Below, piece by piece: positions 9,668-17,874 of a DNA stretch of 64,000 nucleotides. The stretch spans positions 64,001-128,000 of the forward strand of contig JBMOMC010000002.1 in the NCBI GenBank assembly GCA_049325335.1, in the 5' to 3' direction. The notes under the pieces are model-generated. The model did not search any database and had not been told where the DNA came from. It saw nothing but the letters and a program-made list of their open reading frames with translations. Both the position numbers and the translations under genes were made by a program. The first letter of the stretch is position 1, and every line of letters begins with the position of its first letter. The stretch comes from Nitrospirota bacterium. GTDB taxonomy: Bacteria > Nitrospirota > Nitrospiria > 2-01-FULL-66-17.

Positions 9668-10756
9668 TTACGCGTCGTGGTGCGACGGGCTGTGTTTCGG
9701 CAGGACGGAGGGATCGAACAGCACGGTGTGTGTGGCGTTGATTTTGATGTCTACGCGGCTCCCGAGCTCGTAGACCACGTCCGAGGGTTGCGTGGAGTGG
9801 AGCGGGCGTCCGGACGCCAGGTGCACGGTGTAGAGGTTCTCCGAGCCGCGGAATTGGCGGTTGACCACGACCGCGGGCGCGTGGTCCGACGGCACGAGCA
9901 GCACGTCGTCGGGTCGGATCATCACGGACACGGCCATGCCGGTCGGGAATCCCGAGGTGTTGGGGAACGGGCCGAGTTCGGTGCGGACCTGCAGGCCGTC
10001 CACCGCGCCCGGTACGAAGTCGGCTTGGCCCACGAACTCGGCCACGAACGGCGTGGTCGGGAGGTGGTAGACGATTTCGGGGGTGCCGAGTTGTTCGAGA
10101 CGGCCGCGGTTCAAGACCGCGACGCGGTCGGCCATGGCAAAGGCTTCTTCGTGATCGTGCGTGACCAACACCGTGGTGGCGCCCGATTGCCGCAAGATCG
10201 CGTCGACTTCCTGCCGCATCCGCGAGCGCATATCCGGGTCGAGGTTGGAGAAGGGCTCATCGAGCAGGACCACGATCGGCTTGGGGGCCAAGGCCCGGGC
10301 CAGGGCCACGCGTTGCTGTTGGCCGCCGGAGAGTTGGTGCGGGTGCCGCGCTTGCAGCCCCGCGAGCCCCACGAGTTCCAAGACCTCCGACACGCGGCGT
10401 GTGCGCTCGGCCCGTCCCAACTGATGGAGACCGAACGAGACGTTGCGCGACACGGTTAAGTGGGGAAACAGGGCGTAGTCCTGGAACACCATGCCCACGC
10501 CGCGGCGTTCCGGCGGAACCCAGGCGCCGTTGCCCGCCACGCAATGGCCTCCGACATGGACCGTGCCGGTCGTGGGGTCCTCGAATCCGGCGATGAGACG
10601 CAGCAGCGTGGTTTTTCCGCACCCGCTGGGCCCTAGGACGGCGAGGGTGTGGCCGCGCGCCACGGTGAGCGAGAGCGCGTCGATCGCGGGCGCGTGGTCG
10701 GGTTGATACCGCTTGGTCACGCCCGCCAGTTCAATGACGGGGCCGGGCGCGTTCAT
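9668..10756 (-). CDS. ABC transporter ATP-binding protein (FbpC/PotA-like, TOBE domain)
   Basis: GPSGCGKT, FQDYALFPH, LSGGQQQR, LLDEP. Confidence 0.9.
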   Translation of the reverse strand: MNAPGPVIELAGVTKRYQPDHAPAIDALSLTVARGHTLAVLGPSGCGKTTLLRLIAGFEDPTTGTVHVGGHCVAGNGAWVPPERRGVGMVFQDYALFPHLTVSRNVSFGLHQLGRAERTRRVSEVLELVGLAGLQARHPHQLSGGQQQRVALARALAPKPIVVLLDEPFSNLDPDMRSRMRQEVDAILRQSGATTVLVTHDHEEAFAMADRVAVLNRGRLEQLGTPEIVYHLPTTPFVAEFVGQADFVPGAVDGLQVRTELGPFPNTSGFPTGMAVSVMIRPDDVLLVPSDHAPAVVVNRQFRGSENLYTVHLASGRPLHSTQPSDVVYELGSRVDIKINATHTVLFDPSVLPKHSPSHHDA

Positions 10757-10904
10757 CGCGGTCCCGTCCGGCGCTGCTCCGCGAGCGGGATGCGGCGGAT
10801 TATGAGGCAGGCTCGGCATCGGCTTTGATTATACGTCGGAAACCGCATGAAACGAAGGGTATCCACGCGTCCTGTCCAGACCGGCTCACGTCGGGCGCGG
10901 TCGA

Positions 10905-11951
10905 TCAGCGGTTGGCGAGCAGATACACGTCCATGAAGAGATACACGAACCACCCCGCCAGCAGCAAAAACCAGCCCGCAATCAAAATAAAATCCAGTGT
11001 AGTGTGGAACGACACCGAGAAATTTTCCGCGACCATGGTGGAGACGTCTTCGATCGTGTCCAGTTTATGTTGGACGGACGTTTGCCACGCCTCGATGTGG
11101 AATTTTTTGGCCAGGAGCGCGTACACGCGGGCCGCGTACCAGTCGCCGATGAGTTTGATGCGGTGCTCCGTGGCCTGCGACTCCAGGAGGGTCTCCGCAC
11201 GGATTCGCATGATCTCTCGGAGCAAGGCGCGGACTTCGCGACGGCGAAACATCGATTGTTTGGGCGTGGTGCGGAGCATCCGCGCGATATGGGCAATCCG
11301 CGCGTCGAGCGCCTGATCGGACATCCGCATGCGCAGCAGTTGGAAATTGGCGATTTCGATCAACTCGATGTTGGCGTCGAAATCCGCGTGCGGGTCAAAG
11401 AGCACCGCGCCGTCCCAGTCCACGATCGTCAGATCGTCCTTGCCGTATTTGATGTTGGCTCGGAGGGTGGCGTGAACCTCTTCTTCGTCGAGCGGGAGGC
11501 GCTCGTCCTTGATCAGTCCCACCAGCCGTTCTCCGTGCAGGGTCAGGAACACCTCGGGGTCGCCCTGATAATCGGCGATGCAATACACCCGGTACTCTTC
11601 CTGAAATTGCGGATCGCCGTCCAGACGACGAAGGATCGCGCGGCACGCCTCAATGAGCTCGGTGTGGATGTCGAACAACGGGGCGGTGAGCAGGTCGTCG
11701 ACCTCGACCGTGATCTCCGCGATCGCGAATCCGGGATCATAGGTCTTGACGATTTCCACTGCCGGGCGGCCGCTCAGCGTGACGGCGGTGCGTTCGATGA
11801 TTTGCTGGCGCGGCGTCAGATCCGGGTAATAGTTGGGCGCGGCTTTGGAGGACTTAGAGGCGACCGTCCCGGTCGGCGCCACCCGCGCGGCAACCGGGCT
11901 GATCACGAAACCGATCAGTCGGGCGGGGATCGCCAAGCGTTCCCGTTCCAT
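10905..11951 (-). CDS. Conserved hypothetical membrane protein (RMD1/DUF155-like C-terminus)
   Basis: Long ORF with LIGDWYAARVY...FHIEAW motif and a C-terminal TM helix. Confidence 0.6.
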   Translation of the reverse strand: MERERLAIPARLIGFVISPVAARVAPTGTVASKSSKAAPNYYPDLTPRQQIIERTAVTLSGRPAVEIVKTYDPGFAIAEITVEVDDLLTAPLFDIHTELIEACRAILRRLDGDPQFQEEYRVYCIADYQGDPEVFLTLHGERLVGLIKDERLPLDEEEVHATLRANIKYGKDDLTIVDWDGAVLFDPHADFDANIELIEIANFQLLRMRMSDQALDARIAHIARMLRTTPKQSMFRRREVRALLREIMRIRAETLLESQATEHRIKLIGDWYAARVYALLAKKFHIEAWQTSVQHKLDTIEDVSTMVAENFSVSFHTTLDFILIAGWFLLLAGWFVYLFMDVYLLANR

Positions 11952-12050
11952 TCCGAGATCATACGGACGGCTCGGGGGGAGAGTCAATTTGCGCCGCGCC
12001 GCGCATGCGCGGGGGTGGTATCCGGAAGGTTGACACGCCGGATTCTCTTC

Positions 12051-12079
12051 TTGACTTCGGTCGTGAGCCTCCCCTACAC
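12051..12079 (+). promoter_or_regulatory. Sigma70-like promoter of ispB
   Basis: TTGACT-17-TACACT. Confidence 0.5.
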
Positions 12080-12087
12080 TGGCGCCC

Positions 12088-13098
12088 ATGCAAACCGGAA
12101 GGCCGGGAGTCGAGTTATCGACCATGCAGGACGTCTGGGACTTCTATCGGACCGACCTGCGGGAGGTGGATCTCTCGATCGAAAAATACGTGGACTCCGG
12201 CGTTCCGCTCATCAACCAAGTCGCACTCTATATCTTGACCAGCGGAGGCAAACGCATTCGCCCGCTGTTGCTGATGATTTCCGCCCGGGTCTCCGGGTTC
12301 GAGGGACCCTCGGACCAAACGGTCACACTGGCCAGCGCGGTCGAATACATCCACGCGGCCACCCTGTTGCACGACGACGTGTTGGACGACGCGACCCTGC
12401 GCCGCGGTAAAGACCCCGCGCACGCGGTGTGGGGGAATCGCGCGACGATTCTGGTCGGCGATTATCTCTATACCAAGGCCGTATGCCTGGCCGTGCAGAT
12501 CGGCCTGTTGGAGGTGGATTCGATCCTGGCCAACGCGTGCCGGGTCATGGCCGAGGGCGAGGCGTTGCAATTACTGCACTGCGGGGACCTGTCGTTGACC
12601 GATGCGGCCTATCTAAAGATCGTCGAGTGTAAAACCGCGGCGTTGCTGTCGGCCGCGTGCCGATTGGGCGGGGTCATCAGCGGCGCGCCGTGGCGGACCA
12701 AAGACGCGCTCGGCCAGTTCGGCATGCACCTGGGTATCGCGTATCAAGTGGCCGACGATACGCTCGATTACGTGGCGGATCAGGGGCGCTTGGGCAAGGC
12801 GCTCGGCAAGGATCTCTCCGAAGGCAAAATCACCCTTCCGTTGCTGCACCTGTTGCGGTCGGTCAACGGCACCGAGCGCCGCCTGGTTGAAACCGTGGTG
12901 CGCGACGGGCAAGCCTCGGCCGAGCAGCTTCGGGACATCCTCGATCTGATGCAGACCTACGGTTCCACCACGTACGCCATGGACGTGGCGCGCCGGCACA
13001 TCACCCTCGCCCAGCAACAGTTGGAAGCCTTCGACAATGGTCCGCATCGACAAGCCTTGATGGCGGTCGCGGATTACGTGGTCGCGCGGGATCACTGA
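12088..13098 (+). CDS. ispB: Polyprenyl (octaprenyl) diphosphate synthase
   Basis: GGKRIRP, LLHDDVLD..RRG, KTA and DDTLD motifs. Confidence 0.88.
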   Translation: MQTGRPGVELSTMQDVWDFYRTDLREVDLSIEKYVDSGVPLINQVALYILTSGGKRIRPLLLMISARVSGFEGPSDQTVTLASAVEYIHAATLLHDDVLDDATLRRGKDPAHAVWGNRATILVGDYLYTKAVCLAVQIGLLEVDSILANACRVMAEGEALQLLHCGDLSLTDAAYLKIVECKTAALLSAACRLGGVISGAPWRTKDALGQFGMHLGIAYQVADDTLDYVADQGRLGKALGKDLSEGKITLPLLHLLRSVNGTERRLVETVVRDGQASAEQLRDILDLMQTYGSTTYAMDVARRHITLAQQQLEAFDNGPHRQALMAVADYVVARDH

Positions 13099-13180
13099 TC
13101 GGTTGCCCGTTGTTGTCGGTGGTCCCTTCCTACCAGCCCTCCTATCTGAACGCGAACCAGTGCCTCGACGAGGCCTGCTC

Positions 13181-13411
13181 ATGATCGGTCCAATCGTGCT
13201 GGGCCTCGTGCTGGCGCTTTCGCCAGCCGCATGTACGTCTTCCGAACGCGCCGCGCAAGAAGCTTACGAGCTCGCGCAGTTCGAAGAGAAACAGGGAAAC
13301 GCGGCCCACGCCCGGCAACTCTATCAACAGATCGTCACGAAGCACCCCGACACGCCCTGGGCCGAAAAAGCCCAAGCGCGGCTAGGCGAGCTTCCTCCGG
13401 CCCAGCCCTAG
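13181..13411 (+). CDS. Small TPR-like lipoprotein
   Basis: Signal peptide with AAC lipobox and a single TPR (YELAQFEE...YQQIVTKHP). Confidence 0.7.
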   Translation: MIGPIVLGLVLALSPAACTSSERAAQEAYELAQFEEKQGNAAHARQLYQQIVTKHPDTPWAEKAQARLGELPPAQP

Positions 13412-13457
13412 TTCCTGCTAGAAACACGCTCCTGCGGCGAGTAGGGTGACTGGGAAT

Positions 13458-14027
13458 CTAATACGCGTCCGCGTCACATCGCACTAATCTCACGTCGACT
13501 TCCCGCTCCACATATGTCCATTCCACCGTGCTACGGAGCGCTGCGACCAGCTTGTCGAACGCCGCACCGTCCTCGGCCGCATACTCGAACCAGGTCAGAA
13601 AATCGAACGGCTCGTTGTCGCCCAGATCCCGGCAATGGTGCAGCTTGCGCGCAATCGCGGGCAGGAAACCCATGCCGATCCGGATGTGCTGGGACTGCGC
13701 TTCAAAGATCGCTCGTCGTTCGTCCTGCGGTAGGTTCCACCACGCGGCGGATTTTTTGATCGGGATCAGCGCGGCGTGCGTGGCCTCGAATCGGCCCAGC
13801 GGAGGCTGATTCGAGGCCAAGAGGCGTTTCTCCACCCGCTCCACGTAACGCTCGTTGCTGGTGATCCCGCGAAGCGCCCACGAACCGCTCCGCAACGGTT
13901 GCTGCGACAGGCTGTCGACCACGGTGACGTACCCCACCGGGTCCAAGCCATGCCCCTTCACCGCGTCCATTGTAAGGACGCGCCATTGACCCGTCGTACC
14001 TCCGATAAATGTTGACCGTCGAGACAT
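13458..14027 (-). CDS. cld: Chlorite dismutase, short clade-II type
   Basis: LRGITSNERY, IPIKKSAAWW, QDERRAIFE, proximal His, IARKL catalytic Arg, PFDFLTWFEY, EWTYVERE; no signal peptide. Confidence 0.9.
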   Translation of the reverse strand: MSRRSTFIGGTTGQWRVLTMDAVKGHGLDPVGYVTVVDSLSQQPLRSGSWALRGITSNERYVERVEKRLLASNQPPLGRFEATHAALIPIKKSAAWWNLPQDERRAIFEAQSQHIRIGMGFLPAIARKLHHCRDLGDNEPFDFLTWFEYAAEDGAAFDKLVAALRSTVEWTYVEREVDVRLVRCDADAY

Positions 14028-14234
14028 CGCCACTCCGTCGAAATGTTCGATCGAAATACCCAATTTGCAACTTCCGGACCGAGTCGGGATGACTCGGGAT
14101 TGGCCGAGCGGTGAAATGTTACCGAGGGAATGACGCGTTGAAGCTTGAACCAACCATCAAGGGTAGACAACTTTGTCGCCCGTCCGTCATTTCTGTCGGT
14201 CTCACGGCGATCGCCGTGAGAAGGGTGAGGCCGT

Positions 14235-15197
14235 TTACACCGGGAAGAACACGAACGGGTAGGTGACGATGATGACGCCGTCATACAGGTGGGGGAACTT
14301 CCACATCTTGATCCGGCTGGCGAGGGCTTGTTCCAGCGGGGCGTGATCCATGGTGGTGGAAATGATGCGCGTTTCAATGACCTTGCCGGTGGCGTCGATG
14401 GAAAACTCCACGGAAATGGTGCCCTTGAGCGTGGGGTTGGCACGGAGTTCTTTGTTGTAGAGGTAGATCAGGCCGTTCTTGTACTGCTCCACCACGCGCG
14501 CGATGGCGTCGTAATCAATCGACGCGCCTGTCCCCGACCCACCGCCTCTCAGCCGGACGCCCACGCCGTCGCCGAGACGGTGCCCGCCGCTGCCCGCTCC
14601 GCCGGCGCCGGTCTCGGTTGGAATCCGGGCCAAGGCGACTTGTTCGCCGTGGGCGAGTCTGGTGCGGTCGCCGCTGCCCAGGGATTTGGATTTGGCCACG
14701 GTCTTGTCCACCAATGCGGTATCGTGCGACAGGGGTTTAGTAGCAATGGCGCGGGTGCTCTTGGCGGTCGGGGCCGTGATCAGATCCGACGATGACAAGG
14801 CCTGGGTCAGGCGATCGCTCTCGATGATGTCGCTGAGTCCGCCTTTTTCTTCTTCTTCGATCAACGAGGCGAGCAGGCCGCTCTGCCGCACGATCTCCCG
14901 TGTTTGCTGGGCCGAGGGTTTTGGCGGGGCCGCCGGCTTCTTGTCGGCTTTGGGTTTGTCGGCGTCCTTCTTTTCCGGGGCGACGTCCGCCACGTTAGGT
15001 TTCTCCGGTGTGGCTACGATGGGCGGAGGTTCCAAGATCAGCTTCGCCACACGTTCGGGCAGATCCTGAATGTCGGGGTGCTCGGGAACAGGCATGCGGA
15101 TGATGGTCACGAGCGCCGCGGCCAACAAATAGAAGCCCAGCGAGACACGCAGGGTCTTCTTAAACAGCTCATCGTCTGAATGCGGTACGATGATCAT
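14235..15197 (-). CDS. TonB-like protein with AgmX/PglI C-terminal domain (GltG-like)
   Basis: N-terminal TM, Pro/Lys-rich linker, C-terminal LYNKELRANPTLKG..V.F.I...G.V...YPFVF. Confidence 0.85.
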   Translation of the reverse strand: MIIVPHSDDELFKKTLRVSLGFYLLAAALVTIIRMPVPEHPDIQDLPERVAKLILEPPPIVATPEKPNVADVAPEKKDADKPKADKKPAAPPKPSAQQTREIVRQSGLLASLIEEEEKGGLSDIIESDRLTQALSSSDLITAPTAKSTRAIATKPLSHDTALVDKTVAKSKSLGSGDRTRLAHGEQVALARIPTETGAGGAGSGGHRLGDGVGVRLRGGGSGTGASIDYDAIARVVEQYKNGLIYLYNKELRANPTLKGTISVEFSIDATGKVIETRIISTTMDHAPLEQALASRIKMWKFPHLYDGVIIVTYPFVFFPV

Positions 15198-15209
15198 CTA
15201 CGGTCTCCG

Positions 15210-15707
15210 TTAACCGATCTGCTCTTTTTGCACCACCGCGAGCGCGATGTGCGGAAACTCCGCCTGCGCGCAGGTGGCCATGAGTTTTTTGAGCAACTGA
15301 AACGGAATCTTGCGATCCCCCATAATCGTGATGTTCCCGGTGAACGTGACCGACGCGGTCTTTTGCGCCATGGCGCGGGTGCGGTCTCCCAACCGAGTCA
15401 GCTCCTGCGTGAGCGGTCCCAGGATAGTGTCCGGTTGCGCGATGGCTTCCGCCACGCCCATGACGCGTTTCCCGTCCACGAAGATCTCCCTGTCCGTCAC
15501 CAACAAGGTGACGGTCGGACGCGGGGCCTTTTCCGCGGTGGAGGCTGGCAGCTTGAGGCCTTCGGAGTCTGGTAACGCTTCTTCACCCGCAAGATGAACC
15601 AGGAGAAACAATAGCAGGATGGTGAAAATGTCCATCAAGCTGATGAGGCTCAACGACACGACGGCGTCGCGGCCTCGTCGATTATGGAGCCGGTCGCGAA
15701 ACTTCAT
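15210..15707 (-). CDS. exbD: ExbD/TolR family protein (AglS-like)
   Basis: LISLMDIFTILLLFLL TM segment with conserved Asp; GDRKIPF...LMAT. Confidence 0.88.
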   Translation of the reverse strand: MKFRDRLHNRRGRDAVVSLSLISLMDIFTILLLFLLVHLAGEEALPDSEGLKLPASTAEKAPRPTVTLLVTDREIFVDGKRVMGVAEAIAQPDTILGPLTQELTRLGDRTRAMAQKTASVTFTGNITIMGDRKIPFQLLKKLMATCAQAEFPHIALAVVQKEQIG

Positions 15708-16192
15708 ACGCGTTTAACCTCGCCGATTGAAATGTCCGGAAACAACTCCTGGGACGGGCCGGCCTTCCGGCACACGTCCATGACTTCGACCAAGGACTCG
15801 TACGCCACGTCGGGCTCGCTCAATAGGATGACCGACTTTTCCTGCGGGTAGGAGGTTTTTACCCGTTGCAACAGCGCAGTCAGCCCAGCGAGGTCGTACG
15901 CGCCGTTTTGCAGCGCGAGCCGATTCGGAGCCAACCCGCTGCCTTGTACGCTGATTCCGTCCCGGTGCAAGGCCACGATCAAGCTGAACGGTTCTTGCGC
16001 GGGCGGCGCGGCGGCGTGCGCGCTCGATGCCGTGGGCAGGTTGAGCTCCAACACCGCGAGCCGGGAAAACACCACGCCCGTCAGCAAGAACGGGATCAAC
16101 ACCACCATGAGATTCATGAATGGCGTGATGTTCAGCGAGTTGTCGCCTTGCCCGAACCGGCGAGCCCGACGTAGCCGCACGCTATTTCGCAT
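15704..16192 (-). CDS. exbD: ExbD/TolR family protein (Asn in place of TM Asp)
   Basis: LNITPFMNLMVVLIPFLL; VAYESLVEVMD. Confidence 0.88.
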   Translation of the reverse strand: MRNSVRLRRARRFGQGDNSLNITPFMNLMVVLIPFLLTGVVFSRLAVLELNLPTASSAHAAAPPAQEPFSLIVALHRDGISVQGSGLAPNRLALQNGAYDLAGLTALLQRVKTSYPQEKSVILLSEPDVAYESLVEVMDVCRKAGPSQELFPDISIGEVKRV

Positions 16193-16904
16193 GCACGGTC
16201 CCTTTCATCCCCACCGCTCGGCGCGGCTGGAGCATTTCCGAGCCGTTGGAGTACGCGTCCGCCGCGTCACTCTTCGCCATCTGGCCGGCCAGATTCACCA
16301 GCCTCAGCGCGTACCCTTCCACGGTGTCGATAACCCGGTTGGTGCGGCTCTGGAGAAATCCGTGCACCAACATGAGCGGCACCGCCACGATCAATCCGAA
16401 CGCGGTGGTGTTCATGGCTACTGAAATCCCCTTAGCCAACAACGTGGCCTTCTGGGCGGGGTCGGCCATCGACACCGCGGTAAAGGCCTGGATCAACCCT
16501 ACGATGGTGCCGAGGAGTCCGAGCAGGGTGGCGACGTTGGCCAGATTCGGCAGGTAGTTGAGCCGTGCCTCCAGCCGCGGAATGACCTGCATCATGGCCT
16601 CGTCCACGCCGCCTTGGGCGTCTTCCCGGGTGAACGAGCCTTTCATGCCGCGAATTCCCCCCGCGAGGACCTGGTGGAGCGGGCGGTTGGACTGCGTGCA
16701 GTGACGCGCTGCTTCGTCCATGCGCCGGCCGTGGATGCTCGGCGCAATTTGCCCCCACAGCCGTTCGCCGTTGGTCCCGGCCCGCGCGATCACCACGATG
16801 CGTTCCACCACGATCGCGGTTGACACAGCCAGCACCAGGAGGATCGGATACATGAAGAATCCTCCGGCCTGGAAAAAGTTGATATATGTTGCCACGCTGG
16901 TCAT
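16182..16904 (-). CDS. MotA/TolQ/ExbB proton channel subunit (AglR-like)
   Basis: GGFFMYPI, ATLLGLLGTIVGLIQAF, GISVAMNTTAFGL. Confidence 0.92.
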   Translation of the reverse strand: MTSVATYINFFQAGGFFMYPILLVLAVSTAIVVERIVVIARAGTNGERLWGQIAPSIHGRRMDEAARHCTQSNRPLHQVLAGGIRGMKGSFTREDAQGGVDEAMMQVIPRLEARLNYLPNLANVATLLGLLGTIVGLIQAFTAVSMADPAQKATLLAKGISVAMNTTAFGLIVAVPLMLVHGFLQSRTNRVIDTVEGYALRLVNLAGQMAKSDAADAYSNGSEMLQPRRAVGMKGTVHAK

Positions 16905-17236
16905 TGGTTCCCTCCTCCTGTTCCGGATATCGGTGTGCGCAAAAGCTGGCGTTGAAAACGCGCTCGATCTACGGGTTCGAGTAGTTCTTGTTCAAAACTC
17001 CGGCGAAGCGGCATGTCGTTGTCCACCGCCGACAGCGTATTCTTCCACGGGACCACGTACACCACGTGCGGTTGCTCCAAGGTGCCCTGGATCTCGGTGC
17101 CTTCCATCAGAAAGCGTTCGACGTTCGCGTCCGTCCCGACGGACTCGGCTCCGGCGGGCGCGGTGTCCGCCGCTGAGGCCAGTCCGACAGCGAGCAGCAC
17201 GGTTGCGGGTATGAGCGACCCGATCAACCGCCTCAT
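16901..17236 (-). CDS. Small secreted protein (GltF-like)
   Basis: Signal peptide, EGTEIQGTLEQPHVVYVVPW motif, position between the TPR lipoprotein and the motor genes. Confidence 0.65.
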   Translation of the reverse strand: MRRLIGSLIPATVLLAVGLASAADTAPAGAESVGTDANVERFLMEGTEIQGTLEQPHVVYVVPWKNTLSAVDNDMPLRRSFEQELLEPVDRARFQRQLLRTPISGTGGGNQ

Positions 17237-17874
17237 GGCGTCTCCTTGACGCGGTCCACCCGCTTCTGGAGCGCGGCGATCCAGATCGCCACCTCCTCTT
17301 GCCCCTCTCCGCCCGCAGCCAGATAGGTCTGATAGTGCTCGATCGCCTTGTCGGGTTCATTGAGATACAGATCGTAGAGCACTGCCAGGTTGTAGTCGGC
17401 GTCTCGGAAATCCGGCGCGGCATTGAGCGCGCGGCGGTATGCGTCTTCGGCCTGGCGAAACTTGCCTTGCTCGCGCAATGCGAGCCCCATGTTGTAGTAG
17501 GCTTCGGGGTATTGGGGTTGGATCTTGATCGCCTGTTGGTACGCGGCTACGGCTTCCGGCAGCAGTCCCATGCGCTTGTAGACCACGCCGAGATTGTTGT
17601 GGAACACGCTCACGTGCGGGTAGCTGGTCCGCAAGTTTTCGAACGCGGCCCTGGCTTCCTTGAGCTTTCCGTTCTCAATCAGGCTCGTACCTTTTTGGAA
17701 GCGTAGGAGAACCTGGTCAAGTTTTTGTGCCTCAGCGGCACGCGATTCGTCGCTTCGCGCGGTGGTCTGAGTCGGGATCGGCGCGGGCGGCGGCAACATC
17801 GCGCGGGTGCAAGCCGTCAGCGCCGCGACAAGGACGAGCAACAGACGCATGAATTTCTGGGGACGGGTACTCAT
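17233..17874 (-). CDS. TPR lipoprotein (GltE/AglT-like)
   Basis: LTAC lipobox; TPRs NNLGVVY, YYNMG, YNLAVLYDLY. Confidence 0.85.
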   Translation of the reverse strand: MSTRPQKFMRLLLVLVAALTACTRAMLPPPAPIPTQTTARSDESRAAEAQKLDQVLLRFQKGTSLIENGKLKEARAAFENLRTSYPHVSVFHNNLGVVYKRMGLLPEAVAAYQQAIKIQPQYPEAYYNMGLALREQGKFRQAEDAYRRALNAAPDFRDADYNLAVLYDLYLNEPDKAIEHYQTYLAAGGEGQEEVAIWIAALQKRVDRVKETP

